This document shows, in pieces, positions 41,712-53,885 of a stretch of DNA of 64,000 bases (positions within the stretch are counted from its first letter, which is position 1; each line of letters begins with the position of its first letter). The notes beneath the pieces were generated by a model that searched no databases, was not told the DNA's origin, and was given only the letters and a program-made list of their open reading frames with translations. The position numbers and the translations under genes were made by a program. The stretch comes from an uncultured bacterium (GTDB lineage: Bacteria; Verrucomicrobiota; Verrucomicrobiia; Limisphaerales; UBA8199). The stretch is taken from the NCBI GenBank assembly GCA_963749495.1, contig CAVVMW010000006.1, positions 128,001-192,000 of the forward strand. Direction: 5' to 3'.

Positions 41712-42887
41712 TCACTGGGTCGCTACGCGACGCCTCTCCCTCTCCCCTTTGGAAGGGGAGAGGGCCGGGGTGAGGGGTCTGCCCGGCACTCCGTCAATGT
41801 GCGAACCAGCCCATCGAGCCTGACTCTGGCTGTGTTCGCTGGAGATGACGAAACGGAAATAGCTGTCGCGGGGGCCGCCGGGGTACTGGACCAGCGGCGG
41901 GTAAATCCCGGCGGCCAGGAGGGCGTCTTTCAAGGCCGCAGCCTCGTGTCTGTTCTTGGGGACGTAGCGGACAATCGGCCCGGGCGCTGCGGGCAGGGCC
42001 CAACCCGCCTGGCGCAGGCGGAGCTTGACACAGGCCTGGTTCTGGATGAGGCGCCGGCGCATCCCCGGGTCCGCTGCCAGGAGCCGGATGCTCTCGAGCG
42101 CGGCGTTGGCCATGGGCAAGGGCACGGGGGTGCTGCCGACGAAGAGCGCGCTGCGTTTCAGAATGCGGCGGCGCAAGGCCGCCGTGCCCAGGATCGCACC
42201 CCCATAAGCCCCAAAGGCCTTGCTCAGGGTGATGGTCTGGATAAAACGGCCCTCGCGCCGCAGGCCGGCGTGCTCGATCGTTCCCTTGCCCGTCGCGCCC
42301 AGGACGCCTGCCGCGTGCGCGTCATCCACCAGGAGCCGGGCGTTGCCGGGCAGCACCGCCAGGTAGTCCGCCAGCGGCGCCGCAGTGCCGTCGCGCGCGA
42401 ACATGCCGTCGGTCAGCAGCAGCAGTCTGGCCCCGCGCCCGCAGCGGCGAACCAACCGCTCCAGGCCGGCGGCATCGCCGTGCTTGAACTGGAGCACCGG
42501 GCAGCCCAGGAACCGCGCAGCATCTGAGAGCGACGCGTGCGAGGCCCCGTCCAGGAGCGCATGGGAAAAGTCCCCCGCCAGGGCCTGGGCGGCGATGAGA
42601 TTGGCGATGTAGCCCGTGGGCGTGAGCAGGACACCCTCCGCATCGAAGAACCCGGCCAGCCGCCTCTCCAATCGCTGATAGAGAATGTGATTGCCGGTGG
42701 TCAGCCGCAACGCTGCCACATTCAGGCCCCAGCGCTGGGCGCCCGCCTGCACGGCCGCCACCACTGCCGGATGGCTGGACAGGCGGAAATAATCGCACCC
42801 GGAAAAGCAGGACAATTTGCGGCGGCCAAGGCGGACGTAAGTGCGATCCATCTGTTGCAGCGGCTCGGGCTCAATCATCACAGCCAC
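41712..42887 (-). CDS. Class II PLP aminotransferase, 8-amino-7-oxononanoate synthase-like (3' end uncertain)
   Basis: GCDYFRLSSHP, HASLSD, FKH.D, VDDAHA.GVLG, TLSKAFG. Confidence 0.85.
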   Translation of the reverse strand: MAVMIEPEPLQQMDRTYVRLGRRKLSCFSGCDYFRLSSHPAVVAAVQAGAQRWGLNVAALRLTTGNHILYQRLERRLAGFFDAEGVLLTPTGYIANLIAAQALAGDFSHALLDGASHASLSDAARFLGCPVLQFKHGDAAGLERLVRRCGRGARLLLLTDGMFARDGTAAPLADYLAVLPGNARLLVDDAHAAGVLGATGKGTIEHAGLRREGRFIQTITLSKAFGAYGGAILGTAALRRRILKRSALFVGSTPVPLPMANAALESIRLLAADPGMRRRLIQNQACVKLRLRQAGWALPAAPGPIVRYVPKNRHEAAALKDALLAAGIYPPLVQYPGGPRDSYFRFVISSEHSQSQARWAGSHIDGVPGRPLTPALSPSKGERERRRVATQ

Positions 42888-42924
42888 TTTATAAACGAGC
42901 GCGCGGCCTGTGCAAAAACAAATT

Positions 42925-43124
42925 ACGAATTGACACGGACCCGATCAATGCCGCCGCATCAGGCCGCCTCTTCGTTTCCTTCGTTTCCTTCTGTTCTGTT
43001 CCTGTGCTCAGCCGGCGGGATGCACGAAAAGAACAGAAGCGAACGAAGGAAACGAAGGATCGAAGACCCCGATCAGCTCTGAGAGCTGCGATCTGGAGGC
43101 CCCAAAAGAATTCTGTCTCAGACC
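42925..43124. repeat. Second copy of the ~200-bp hairpin repeat at 3667-3860
   Basis: Colinear match to 3667-3860. Confidence 0.85.
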
Positions 43125-43231
43125 TGTCCTGCGCGCTCGAGGAAGGATCCGATTGCATTTCTCTCCGGGTTCCTTTAGTAAAAGCCCATGAACTCGCCAC
43201 CGCGGGGTTCCATTGATTCAAGGCCAGGCAA

Positions 43232-45871
43232 ATGGCTGCCGGTATGAATTCACGGCTTGGGCCAGCCGGCTGGCGGTCGCGGCGCGGCACGGGCCCTCTG
43301 TTGGCTGCCGCCGTTTTCCTGGCAGGCTTGACGGCCCTCGGTCAGGAGGCATCGCATCCGTTCCCCTCCAACTCCCTTTCGGGCGCCGTCTATAATATCA
43401 CGATGGTCACCGACAGCGCGCCCGATCTGACCGACATCAACAGCTACCTCCGTTCGATCACCTCGCAGTACGGCAGCCCACAGGAGCAGGCGATCGCGAT
43501 TTGGCGCTGGTCACAGCGGTTGCGCAAGCAGACTACCAACCCCATCGAGGATGGCCATTTCGTGCTCGACCCCATCCGCATGTTCAACGACTACGGCTAT
43601 TGCAACTGCGGGATCATCTCGGGCGTCAACGACGCGCTCTGGCTGCGCATGGGTTGGAAGGCCCGCTACGTCCAACTCGGCGATCACACCGTCTCCGAAT
43701 GCTCCTGGGATGCCGGGAAGACCTGGCACATGTTCGACAGTTCGATGAGCTTTTATTGCTTCAACGACCGCGGCGAGGTGGCCTCCGTGCGGGAGATCGA
43801 GCAGAACCCCCGATTCTACCTGGAGAATTTCGCGCCCGAGTGCGGCACCAACCCCGTCCGCTCTCCGGACGACCACCGGGGCTGGCGTTGCGCCTCGGAC
43901 CACCCGGTCGAGTACAAGCGGACGCTGGCCAACGGCTACGATTCCTTCAAGCCGCCCAACGACATTCAGGAAGCCAACCTGTACGCACAGTGGGGACATC
44001 GTTACGTCCTGAACCTGCGCCCGCGCGAGTATTACACCCGCTATTTCCATCCGCTGGCCGGCGGCGGGGTCCGCACCTTTCGGCCGGTGCGAGGCAACCA
44101 GGACGTGGACCCCAACGGGTGCATTCATGCCAACGGCCAATGGCATTACGCTCCAGATCTGCGTGACCCGGCAACGCGCGCGCTCGTCTTCTCCGAATCC
44201 GGCGTGAAGTGGACCCGCGAAGGCGTTCGGCCCCTCCGGGAAACCGGTTCGGTCGTGTTCAAGGTCAGTGCCGCCAACGTCGTCACTTCGGCCAGAATCC
44301 GGCTCGGCGGAACCAATGCCTCGGTCTCCATTTCACGTGACGCCGGGATTACCTGGCAGGGCTTGGCTGCCCCCTCCGGTGAAGCGGAGTGCCTGGAGCA
44401 GGTCGCCGGGGTTACGGAGTATCTGGCAAAGGTCGACTTGAGTGGAACCAATGCCCTGCTTTCATCGATTGTGCTCGAGACCGTCACGCAACTCAACCGG
44501 CCCGCGTTGCCCCGGTTGACTCGCGGCCCCAATCGTATCCAGGTCCGCCTCGGTCCCCAGGTCCAGACCATCCAGTTCCAGCCTTCCATCGTCGGCGGCA
44601 ATCATAAACGGACCGTTTGTTCGGAGAAATCCCTGGATGTCGATCCCCAGCCGGATTTCTACAAGCCGACTCTCCGGCCCGCGGAAAAGGCAACACCCTG
44701 TTACGCCACTTGGAAAATCGAGACGCCCACGCCCATCACCGACCTTGTCTTCGGCGGCACGGTCTGCGTCAAGTCGGCCAAGGATCGCGTGACCCTGCTC
44801 CATTCCTGGGACGGACAGAACTACGTCCGCGACTACCAGAAAGCGGACGACGCCATGCCGTACGACCTGATGGTGAACTGCCCCGTGGTTTCGGTGCCCC
44901 CGGCGGCCCGGACCGCGTACTTGCGGTATGAGTTTGAAACCGAGCAATTCGCCAGGCACTACTTCGGACCCGGAATCCAGATGGCCGCGATGACGGTTCA
45001 CCACCAACCCCGTGCCACGGGCTTCGTGCCCATCGAAGTGACTTTCTGCTGGACCGAGCACCGCGAATCAGGCGACCTGGAGCGCCGGCACACCGAGTTG
45101 GTGACCTCGCCCGCGCGCCAGTACACCTTCAACGTGGGCGGCTTCCGCGACCCCGCCATGAACTGGGTGCGGATGAATCTCCAAGGCTGCGGACCGGATG
45201 GAGACAGGGCTGGATACGCCGACGGACAGGACGTGGGACCTGGCGCTAAACCGGACTGGGTCCGCTATCGCTGGGGGAAGAACCTGGCCCTCGGCCGGCC
45301 CTACACGATCGTCGGGCTGCAGGACGCGCGCAACCCCGATGGCGGCGGTGATCTCACCGACGGGATCATCGCCCCGCCAGATACGTACGTTTCGGTCAAG
45401 TACATGCCGACTTATGTCATGTTCGCCCGGGACGTCTCGCCCGTCATCACGCTTGACTTGGGCAGTGAGCAAACCGTTTCCGCAGTCCGCATTCACGCAG
45501 GACAGGAGGGCGGCTTCCACCTTTCGTTTCCGGATACCATCAAGGTGGAGACCTCTTCCGACGGCAACTCCTTCGCCCACGCGGGCTCGGTGGGATTCGG
45601 GCAGGTCTTCGACCCGCCGGCCGATTACGTGCCGTGGGAACTGGACCAGGCCGCCATTTTCGATGATCTGCCCGCGGGTGGCCGGTTGGCCTACGCCTAC
45701 CGGATTCTATTCCACAGCCCGGTGCGCGCCCGGTATCTTCGCATCACGTGTGCCGGCCGCAAAGGCTGGGGGATGCTGCTCTCGGAGGTGCAGGCCTTCG
45801 ATCGCGTCAGCATGGAAACGAATGTCCCTCCGCTGGTGGTCCTGCCGCCCGCCAGCGGCCCCGGCAACTGA
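43232..45871 (+). CDS. Large secreted protein with a transglutaminase-like N-terminal domain and a discoidin (F5/8)-like C-terminal domain
   Basis: GYCNCG / GDHTVSE / WHMFD candidate Cys-His-Asp triad; NLALGRPY..DLTDG..ITLDLG..ARYLRI..SEVQ. Confidence 0.75.
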   Translation: MAAGMNSRLGPAGWRSRRGTGPLLAAAVFLAGLTALGQEASHPFPSNSLSGAVYNITMVTDSAPDLTDINSYLRSITSQYGSPQEQAIAIWRWSQRLRKQTTNPIEDGHFVLDPIRMFNDYGYCNCGIISGVNDALWLRMGWKARYVQLGDHTVSECSWDAGKTWHMFDSSMSFYCFNDRGEVASVREIEQNPRFYLENFAPECGTNPVRSPDDHRGWRCASDHPVEYKRTLANGYDSFKPPNDIQEANLYAQWGHRYVLNLRPREYYTRYFHPLAGGGVRTFRPVRGNQDVDPNGCIHANGQWHYAPDLRDPATRALVFSESGVKWTREGVRPLRETGSVVFKVSAANVVTSARIRLGGTNASVSISRDAGITWQGLAAPSGEAECLEQVAGVTEYLAKVDLSGTNALLSSIVLETVTQLNRPALPRLTRGPNRIQVRLGPQVQTIQFQPSIVGGNHKRTVCSEKSLDVDPQPDFYKPTLRPAEKATPCYATWKIETPTPITDLVFGGTVCVKSAKDRVTLLHSWDGQNYVRDYQKADDAMPYDLMVNCPVVSVPPAARTAYLRYEFETEQFARHYFGPGIQMAAMTVHHQPRATGFVPIEVTFCWTEHRESGDLERRHTELVTSPARQYTFNVGGFRDPAMNWVRMNLQGCGPDGDRAGYADGQDVGPGAKPDWVRYRWGKNLALGRPYTIVGLQDARNPDGGGDLTDGIIAPPDTYVSVKYMPTYVMFARDVSPVITLDLGSEQTVSAVRIHAGQEGGFHLSFPDTIKVETSSDGNSFAHAGSVGFGQVFDPPADYVPWELDQAAIFDDLPAGGRLAYAYRILFHSPVRARYLRITCAGRKGWGMLLSEVQAFDRVSMETNVPPLVVLPPASGPGN

Positions 45872-45907
45872 CAGGCCCGAGTGAGCACATTCGAACCGAG
45901 AATAACA

Positions 45908-48533
45908 TGAATCGATTCCGCCTGCTTTATTACGTGCCGTGGGCGCATCCCGACACTGCCCCCACCGCCGGGGGCCGGACCGGAGTGCGCCCGTCCTCGG
46001 GCGCAGCGACGTCCGCAGCCAGGGCAGCGGCCAAACACTCCAGCGCGCCTGCCCGCTCCGTCGCTGCTGCGCCCGAGGACGGGCGCACTCCGGGGGCAGC
46101 GTCACGATGCGCCCACGTTTCGTCAGCCGCCTTGATATGGCTCAGTCTGTTGGTGAGCCTGCACGCTGGCCGGGCTGCCGAGAATCTCTTGAAGGATGGC
46201 GGCTTCGAGCAGCGCCTCGACCAGCCTGACGAGCAGGGCAACCCTTTTTCACAGGCCAGCCAGGGGTTCGCCAAGGTCGCTGCACTTATCGCCGAGGCCA
46301 AGGCCAAGGGCCTCGACGTGCTCTATTGGCAGGCGGCCGCTATCCCGATGCGAGTCGGCCTGGATGAACGCTGGAAGAATTTCCCCGACGAACGCCCCGA
46401 GACCCTCCGGTATGTGGACAAGCGCGGCCCGGAGCTCGTCCAGGAAATCACCAGCGCGCTGGCGGGCAAGACCCAACCCCGGCAGGCGCCGCCCAAGCCT
46501 GATTTCACCCGGATGAAGCTCAGGGGCCGCAACTTTTGCGAAGGCGATGTTCCCACGTTCATCTATAGCGTCCACAGCGGTCCCAGCCCGGAGGCCGAGC
46601 CGTTCTTCGCCTCGCACACCACGTGGGTTTACACTTGCATGGCCCCGGGCGCCGACCGTTTCAATTACAAGCAAATGCCCATCTGGGAGGCCTTCAACCG
46701 CTATCCGGACACCCACCGCGTCTGGGACGGCGGCTGGTGCGGACACATCATCGCCGACAAGTGGTCCGGAGGCGTGAGCGGCGCCAACTGTGTGATTTGC
46801 CTGGAAAGCCCCCACACCCGCCGGGCCTGCGTCGAGGCCTATCGCAAAACCCTGCCGCCTCAATTGCAGAGCAAGACCCGCCTGGTCAGCCTGTTGGATT
46901 ACGAGTACTTTTACATCTGCTACTGCGATCTGACCCGCGACCTGTTCCGCGCCTGGCTTAAGGAGCGATTCGGGACCGTCGGAAAACTCAATGCCGCCTG
47001 GGACACGCGCCACAACGATTTTGACGAAGTCCAACTGCCGGACTATCGCCAAAGAGAACCCAATGACGCCAAGCGCTATGACTGGCTCGATTTTAACCTC
47101 TGGCGCTTCACCCAGTTCATGAAATGGGCCAAAGCCCAGCAGCGCCAGATCGATCCCGACATCCCCATGGCCACCTGCGCTCCCCACTACAACTTCACCA
47201 AGGAGTGGGGCGAGAGCGGCAGCGACGTTGAAGCTTTGACCCAGGAGGTCAATGACTTCTGCATCAACGAATCGCCGGCCTCGACCAAGTACGTCGATTT
47301 CCTCCGCTCGCTCAGCGATAACCGCAAGGCCATCGTCGAGGTTGAAGGCAGCGAATACCGGAACACAATGGCCGGCTTCCTGCACGGGTTGTCGGCCCTC
47401 TCGCTCTACTGGGGCTGGGCAGATAAACCGGGCGATGGCGGGGCCGTGCTTTATGGCCGCGGCAGCCGGCCTTGTACTGCACCCTCCAGGAAGCGGAGCG
47501 GTTCCTGCGCACCGGCCTGGACATTCGCCGGCTCCGCAAGGAAATCCTTGCCTTCCAACAGGACCTCAGGGCCCCCGTAGCCTTGCTCTACTCGAAGGCC
47601 TCGCTGCTGCAAGTGCCCGAGACCGGCGGCGACAAAACACCTTATCTGCTGGAGTTGGACCGGACCTACGATGCGCTGCTGGAGATAGGCGTGCCCGTTG
47701 ATTTCATCACTACCCGGCAGGTGCTTGCGGGCAAACTGGCGCAATACGGCGTGCTGGTCATCCCGGCCGCAACCTACGAGCAGCCCGAGGTGGTTCAGAC
47801 GGTGCTGAATTTCGTCCGGGGCGGCGGGCAGGTGGTCCTGGTTCCAAACAGTTGGTTCTTCGACCAGTACAACCGCAAACAGGATTACCTCGGTTCGCTG
47901 AACATCCGGGTGAGCAGCATGAAGGCCCCGAAGCTCGTTGCGGGCCAGGCCAAGACCGGCCTCCAGCGCGATGCCAGTGGCGAAGAAACGGAGGCCCCGT
48001 TCCTGATGGGGCTGATTGTGGACACCGTTGTCAGCGATGTGCCCAAGGCCAAGATCAAGACGGCCCGAGCCGCCGTCTTTCACGAGGAAGTGGAGTTGCA
48101 GGGCGCGGGGGTGCGGCACCTCCTGAAGGTCGGCGGCGACAACCGGGTCCTGGCCACGTTCCCTGACGGTCAACCGGCGATCGTCCAGGTGCCGCTGGAC
48201 AAGGGTAACCTCTACTACCTGGCTATACCGCTGATGCCCGAGAGCATGGCCGTGCTAATGGGCGCCATCCTTACGGATCGCGGCGCGCAGAGCCCGCTCC
48301 GGTTCGTGGCCCCGGACGGCCGGCATGTCAGCCGCCTCGAGTACCGCGCCGTCCAGACCAGCGAGGGCTGGCTGGCCTTTGTCAACAACCTGGACCGCCA
48401 GCGCGACCAGCACGTGAAGCTGGCGACCAGCCTCAAGGTTGCCGGCATCCGCAACCTGACGCTGGAGGCTGACCTGGCGCCGAGTTTCACGGTTCCAGCC
48501 GGCGAAACCTATATTTTGAGGCTCACGCAGTAG
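45908..48533 (+). CDS. GH42-like beta-galactosidase with trimerisation domain (frameshift at ~47465; start uncertain)
   Basis: FRAWLKERFGTVGKLNAAW, DWLDF, VALLYS, YGVLVIP. Confidence 0.75.
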
Positions 48534-48594
48534 CTCCTGATGAATCCGGCCAGCACGAACCCTCCCGCGCACGCAACTGTTCAGGTGCGGACGC

Positions 48595-48708
48595 GTGGGG
48601 CAGCCCTCCGGGCTGCCGGTTGCAGGGGCCTCTGGCCCCGAGCCTCGCAACTGCAAGGGACACGGAGCCGGAGGCTCCGTGAACCGGCAGACCAGAGGTC
48701 TGCCCCAC
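48595..48708. repeat. REP-like family H palindrome GTGGGGCAG...CTGCCCCAC
   Basis: Nested inverted repeats. Confidence 0.75.
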
Positions 48709-48773
48709 AGTTACGCGCAAACCAGCACTCTGGCGCAGGATCATCGACACTCCCGCGGAAACGCAGGACCAAT

Positions 48774-51179
48774 ATGAAGCCCTCCTCAGCCAATTGTCGT
48801 CGGATTGTGGTGGCATTGTCAGTCTCGCTCGCGAGTCTGTTTCATTGCCTGGACACCGGGGCTGCCGCGACGCTCGCCATCGAAAACGGAACGCTGCTGG
48901 CCCGATACGATGATGCCGCCCAGAGCTTTTCCGTGACCGAGAAGGCTTCCGGCCTGAGGTTCATCGCGGAGGGCAAGCTCGATGGGGCCGCGGGCACCGC
49001 CCGGATCGAGTCCGTCAAGGACCCTGTGTTCGGCGCCGGCAAGCGCATCCTGGTGGAGCGGGCAGAGGGGGGTGTCGTCTCGCTCCAACTCTGCCACGGC
49101 TTGCCGTTCCTTCTGCTCCGCGGCGAAGTGTGCAACCACAGCCCCGCGCCGGCGGACATTTCGCGCGTTGCGCCGGCCAGTTTCACGCTCGATTTGGGCC
49201 AACCGGCCAGCCAACTGCGCACCGTGGGCACGGCGGGGCTGACCGCGCCGGACCAGAACCCGGGCAGCTATCTTTTCCTGACTTTGGCGGAGCCGGCAAC
49301 ACGGCGGGGCGTAGTGGCCGGCTGGCTCACGAGCGATCGGGGGAGCGGGGTGCTCTTCTCGGAAGTCCAGGAGGGCCGCGTCCGGTTCAAGACCCAGCTC
49401 GACTACGGCCATCTGCGCCTCCAGGCCGGCGAATCCGCAAGCCTGGAGACCTTGGCCATCGGCCTTTTTGAGGACGCGCGCCTGGGGCAGGAGCGTTTTG
49501 CCGCTGCCATCGCGCGGCAATACCGCATCCATCTCAAGCTGCCGCTGGCGGGGTATTGCACCTGGTACTCGAACCCGCACGGCGGCGCCGCAGACGAGAA
49601 ATCCATCGTGGAGTTGGCGGACTTTGCGGCCAGGGAACTCAAGCAGTTCGGATTCTCCTTTGTGCAGATCGATGACAAGTGGCAGGACGGCAAGGAACGG
49701 AACGGGCCCGCCCGCCGTTTTCTGCGCGCCAAACCCGACGGCCCGTATCCCCACGGCATGAAACCCGTCGCGGACCAGTTCCAGCAGCTCGGGCTGACGG
49801 CGGGCATCTGGTTCCTGCCCTTTGCCAGCGATTACCAGGACCCGGAGTTCAAGGACCGGCAGGACTGGTTTGTGCGGCGCGCCGACGGCAAGCCCTTCGA
49901 GACGCCGTGGGGCAATACTTCCCTGGATCTCACGCGGCCAGAGGTCCGGGCTTACCTGGCTGAGATGGTCCGCACGATTCACGGCTGGGGCTACAACTAT
50001 TTCAAGATGGATGGCCTATGGACCGGCACCGCCACCGAACAGATTTACGTGAACGACGGCTATCGCGACGACCACATCGGCACCAACGCGCCATTCTATA
50101 ATCCCAGGAAAACCAACCTCGAGGCCTTCCGCGACGGCTTGAAGCTGCTGCGCCAGGCCGCCGGCCCGGACGTGTTTTTCTCCGGGTGCAACGTGAGCCA
50201 GAACATGCGCACGCTGGGCGGCTGCCTCGGCCTGGTGGACTCGATGCGCATCGGCCCGGACAACGGCCAGCGCTGGGGCGACTACCGCCAGGAGATCGCC
50301 CGCAACGGTTCCGGTTCGATCATCACCGGCCCGGTGCGGGGCACGCGACTCTACTTCCTCAACGGCCGGGTCTGGTGGAACGACCCCGACCCCAGTTACG
50401 TTCGCGCTTCCGTCCCGCTCTCGCAGGCGCGGCTCATCACCTCGTGGGTCGCTTTGAGCGGCCAGTTCTATCTCAACAGCGATTGGCTTCCCCAACTGCC
50501 GCCCGAGCGCCTGGACATCATCAAACGCACCATCCCGGCCCACGGGGCTACGGCGCGGCCCGTGGACTACTTCGATACCGTCATGCCCCGGATTTGGCTC
50601 GTCACGGACACGCGCCAGGCCGTTCGCCGCGACGTGCTGGGCCTGTTCAACTGGGAAAACGAGGACCAGGCCATCGCCTGCACCACGGCCAAGGCCGGCC
50701 TTGACCCGACAAAGAGTTACTTTGCGTTCGATTTTTGGGCCAACGCCCCTGCCCGGTCTTTCTCCGGAGAATTGAGTTGTGAAGTGCCCGCCCAATCCTG
50801 CCGGGTCATCGCCCTGCACGCCGCGGAGGGGCATCCGGTGCTGGTGAGCACCTCGCGGCATGTCTCCCAGGGCATCCTCGATGTGAGCGGCGAGAAATGG
50901 AGCGGCTCCGCCAAAGTGCTCTCGGGCACCAGCCGCGTCATCGGCAACGATCCGTATGAGCTGCGCATCGCCGGGCTCGAAGACGGCGGCAAGGGCTGGA
51001 AGCTGGTCTCGGCCAGTGTCTCCTCTGCTGACAAGGCGGCCGCGGTCACCGTTGAGCCCAAGCCAACGGCTCCCGGCGAAGCGGGTTGGCTGCGCGTGGT
51101 CATCCATTCGAAAGAGAGCCGCCCGGTAAAGTGGTCGCTCAAGTTTACGTCCGAGGCCGGTCCGGCTTCAGGGAGGTGA
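48774..51179 (+). CDS. Alpha-galactosidase-like glycoside hydrolase (GH36/GH27 clan)
   Basis: GYCTWY, VQIDDKWQ, YFKMDG, MRIGPD, WWNDPD. Confidence 0.88.
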   Translation: MKPSSANCRRIVVALSVSLASLFHCLDTGAAATLAIENGTLLARYDDAAQSFSVTEKASGLRFIAEGKLDGAAGTARIESVKDPVFGAGKRILVERAEGGVVSLQLCHGLPFLLLRGEVCNHSPAPADISRVAPASFTLDLGQPASQLRTVGTAGLTAPDQNPGSYLFLTLAEPATRRGVVAGWLTSDRGSGVLFSEVQEGRVRFKTQLDYGHLRLQAGESASLETLAIGLFEDARLGQERFAAAIARQYRIHLKLPLAGYCTWYSNPHGGAADEKSIVELADFAARELKQFGFSFVQIDDKWQDGKERNGPARRFLRAKPDGPYPHGMKPVADQFQQLGLTAGIWFLPFASDYQDPEFKDRQDWFVRRADGKPFETPWGNTSLDLTRPEVRAYLAEMVRTIHGWGYNYFKMDGLWTGTATEQIYVNDGYRDDHIGTNAPFYNPRKTNLEAFRDGLKLLRQAAGPDVFFSGCNVSQNMRTLGGCLGLVDSMRIGPDNGQRWGDYRQEIARNGSGSIITGPVRGTRLYFLNGRVWWNDPDPSYVRASVPLSQARLITSWVALSGQFYLNSDWLPQLPPERLDIIKRTIPAHGATARPVDYFDTVMPRIWLVTDTRQAVRRDVLGLFNWENEDQAIACTTAKAGLDPTKSYFAFDFWANAPARSFSGELSCEVPAQSCRVIALHAAEGHPVLVSTSRHVSQGILDVSGEKWSGSAKVLSGTSRVIGNDPYELRIAGLEDGGKGWKLVSASVSSADKAAAVTVEPKPTAPGEAGWLRVVIHSKESRPVKWSLKFTSEAGPASGR

Positions 51180-51195
51180 CTCGCCGGTTTTAATT

Positions 51196-51762
51196 TCACC
51201 GGTGCCCAGCCTCAAGCTTCATCCAGTCATCACGCAGAATTGCCAGGAGAACCACGTCCTCGAACACGCCCCACTTTCGCACCCGTTGACGCAACAACCC
51301 CTCCCGTTTCATGCCTGCCTTCTGCAACACCCGGCCGGACGCCGGATTCCGGACCATGTGGTGGGCGTAAACCCGGTTCAGTTTCAACTGCTCAAAAGCG
51401 TAGCGGATGACCGCCCGCGCCGCTTCGGTCGCATAGCCTTTGCCCCAGGATTCGACTTCAGTCCAGAAACCCATCTCGGCCTGAGAGTGCTCGGTATCAA
51501 TCTCGCGCAGGCCCACCGCTCCCATGAGCCGCCCCTCTTGCCTGGTCGTGATGCCGAAGACGAGTTCCTTTCCCGCGCCGGCTGGGCCGGCGTGGGTGGC
51601 GATCCATTCCCGCGCCTGGTCTTGGGAATAGGGATGGGGAATCGAAATGGTCGTGTCGGCGATCTCGCGGCGCCCTGCCAACCGGGCCACAGTCGGCGCA
51701 TCCTCTGGCGTCAGCGGCCGCAGCACCAAGCGTTCAGTTTCCAAGATGAGTTGTTGCATCAT
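51196..51762 (-). CDS. GNAT N-acetyltransferase (RimJ/RimL family)
   Basis: LETERLVLRP, WGKGYATEA, NPASGRVLQKAGMKREG. Confidence 0.93.
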   Translation of the reverse strand: MMQQLILETERLVLRPLTPEDAPTVARLAGRREIADTTISIPHPYSQDQAREWIATHAGPAGAGKELVFGITTRQEGRLMGAVGLREIDTEHSQAEMGFWTEVESWGKGYATEAARAVIRYAFEQLKLNRVYAHHMVRNPASGRVLQKAGMKREGLLRQRVRKWGVFEDVVLLAILRDDWMKLEAGHR

Positions 51763-51847
51763 GTTGCCATCCAGAGCTTACCACATCCTGTTTCAACTTG
51801 ACCGCATTTCGGACAAGGCCCCATCGTCTCGAGGAAAACGCGTTGGC

Positions 51848-52387
51848 ATGAAAACTCTCCTCAAAACCGCTCCTGTCGCCCTCGCCGCCGCTCTGGCAGC
51901 CGCGCTGTGCCTGCCGCCTCGGGCGCGGAGCGCGGACCTCCCGAGCAGCAACACAGTCCAGCCTCCTCCCGCCTACCCGCTCAAGAAGAGCGCCAATGGA
52001 CGCTACCTGGTCGATTCCAAAGGCGCGCCGTTCCTCGTCGCGGGCAACGCTCCGCAAGCCTTGATGGTCAAGTTGACCGAAGCCGACGCCGACCTCTACT
52101 TCTCGAACCGGGTGGCGCACGGGTTCAACACGGTCTGGATCAATCTCCTGTGCCGCCCAGGCACCGGCGGGCGCAAAGATGGCGCCACCTACGACGGCAT
52201 CCTTCCCTTCACCACCACCGACAACCTGTCCGCTCCCAACGAGGCCTACTTCGCCCGGTGGTACAGACCCAAGCCGCGGGCACCTTTTCCACGATCAAAG
52301 GCTCTCCGTTCCCCAATTCCGGCCAACCGTATTTCATCCCTCCGGGCAACAACGCCGATGGCAACGGTGATTGGCTCCTGGTTCTGG
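51848..52387 (+). pseudogene. DUF4038/apiosidase-like glycoside hydrolase, internally deleted; last codons displaced to 55322-55354 by an insertion
   Basis: N-terminus SANGRYLVDSKGAPF..GFNTV..PNEAYFA is fused directly to the C-terminal RWY..PPGNNADGNGDWLLVLE. Confidence 0.75.
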
Positions 52388-52521
52388 AGGGCCGTTGACA
52401 AAGTCGTAGCGCAGGTTTCCAAACCTGCTGTATCGCCGATTTCCAATCGGCAGGGCGTCGGCATGTCGAGCGCCCCAGGTTTGCGGACGGCCTGCGGGTT
52501 TTGGAAACCCGCGATACAGCA

Positions 52522-53881
52522 GAGCCTTTTGCAAAACGAAAGAGGAAGGAGACAAAGTCGATCCAGGGTTGGACGTTGGGAAGGCAGGTGTCTATTCATT
52601 GAACTGGCTTGGCGCCCCGCTTGGAACGAAAACGGCCCGCAAGCCGGCAGGCAGGGGTTCTCAGGCGATACGCCTCCCATCACGCCCCTGGTGGAGCGCG
52701 GGCCATTGGCATGGAAAGTGGGGATGTCAACACAAGCGAGCCCAGATGCCCAAGGTGGCAACCGCCAAGACTCCGAACATCAAATGGCACATGACCTTGG
52801 CGGCTCCTCGCACATGCACCGTCCGGGCCCCAAACTCCTCTTTCGCCGGCCGTTAACTCGCTCGCTGGCAGTGCGCTGCTTATAGCGTTGGCGCTCCGCC
52901 GGATCCAGCGGCACGAAGCCCTCCCGTTCCTTGGGATCAATAATTGGCACGTGTCCCAAGCCCCGACAAAAGTCCTTGATGAAGTGCGCGTCGTAGGCCG
53001 AGTCCATCAGTTCATAGAGCGCCTGAACCCGTTGGGCGCTCTGCTGCGCCAGGGGAATAGCAACCTGACTATCATGCAGGCTGGCACTGGTCAGCACCGC
53101 ACCGATGGGAATATCCCCGTCAATCACGTCCAGGTGCAGTTTGTAGCCTCGCCACCAGGTCTTGTAACCCTTGGCATCGGTCTTACACCCTATATCGCAT
53201 CCCCGCGGCAGGTCGGCCAGGTTCTGCTCCAGCGAGCGGGCCATCTGGATCTCCAGCTTCGTACAAGGCGGGCGCACCTCACCTTTCTTCCACGGCCAGG
53301 CCTTGCCAGGGGGCGGAGCAACCATCTCCGGCTTGGTCGCCTTGCGCTCCGGCACACTAATGGCCGTGCTGTCCCGGCTGATGTGCCCCACCAGCTTGGG
53401 CCGACAGTGTATCTCCACCAACGCCGCGTGGATTTGCTGCGGCAATTCGTCGGCGGCAAACACGCTAAAGGCCCGCGAGAAAGTCGAGCGCTCCGGCAAC
53501 TGGCCCAAGCTTTCCCAGCCGCAGAGCCGCCGCAGCGTGGGGCGAGCGTTCAAGGCATCGATCAATGCTTCGGTCGTGGCAAATCCATAAACGGCTTTGG
53601 CGATAAAGGCGTGCAGCACCCAGACCCGCTCATGGGGAGGTCGCCCCTGCCCACATCCCTCGTAACGAAGCAGAAAACGTCCCAAAGGCAGCAGCGAAAT
53701 TACCTCGACAAATTGCTGGTCCTTGGCCCCCAAGGACCCGAGTTCCTCGGTCAAAACCGGGAAAAGTTGGCGTTGGAGGTGTTGCCACAGGTCAGGCAGG
53801 TCAGGCATATGCGTGGTTTGATCCATCTGCCGACCAGATTATTCAAGAATCCTGCAACTTTCCGACTTTTGCAAAAGGCTC
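52522..53881 (-). mobile_element. IS (IS1182/IS5-like DDE), copy 1; transposase frameshifted near its 3' end
   Basis: Inverted repeats GAGCCTTTTGCAAAA/TTTTGCAAAAGGCTC; flanked by AGCA; 1-bp deletion at ~52844. Confidence 0.92.
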
Positions 53882-53885
53882 AGCA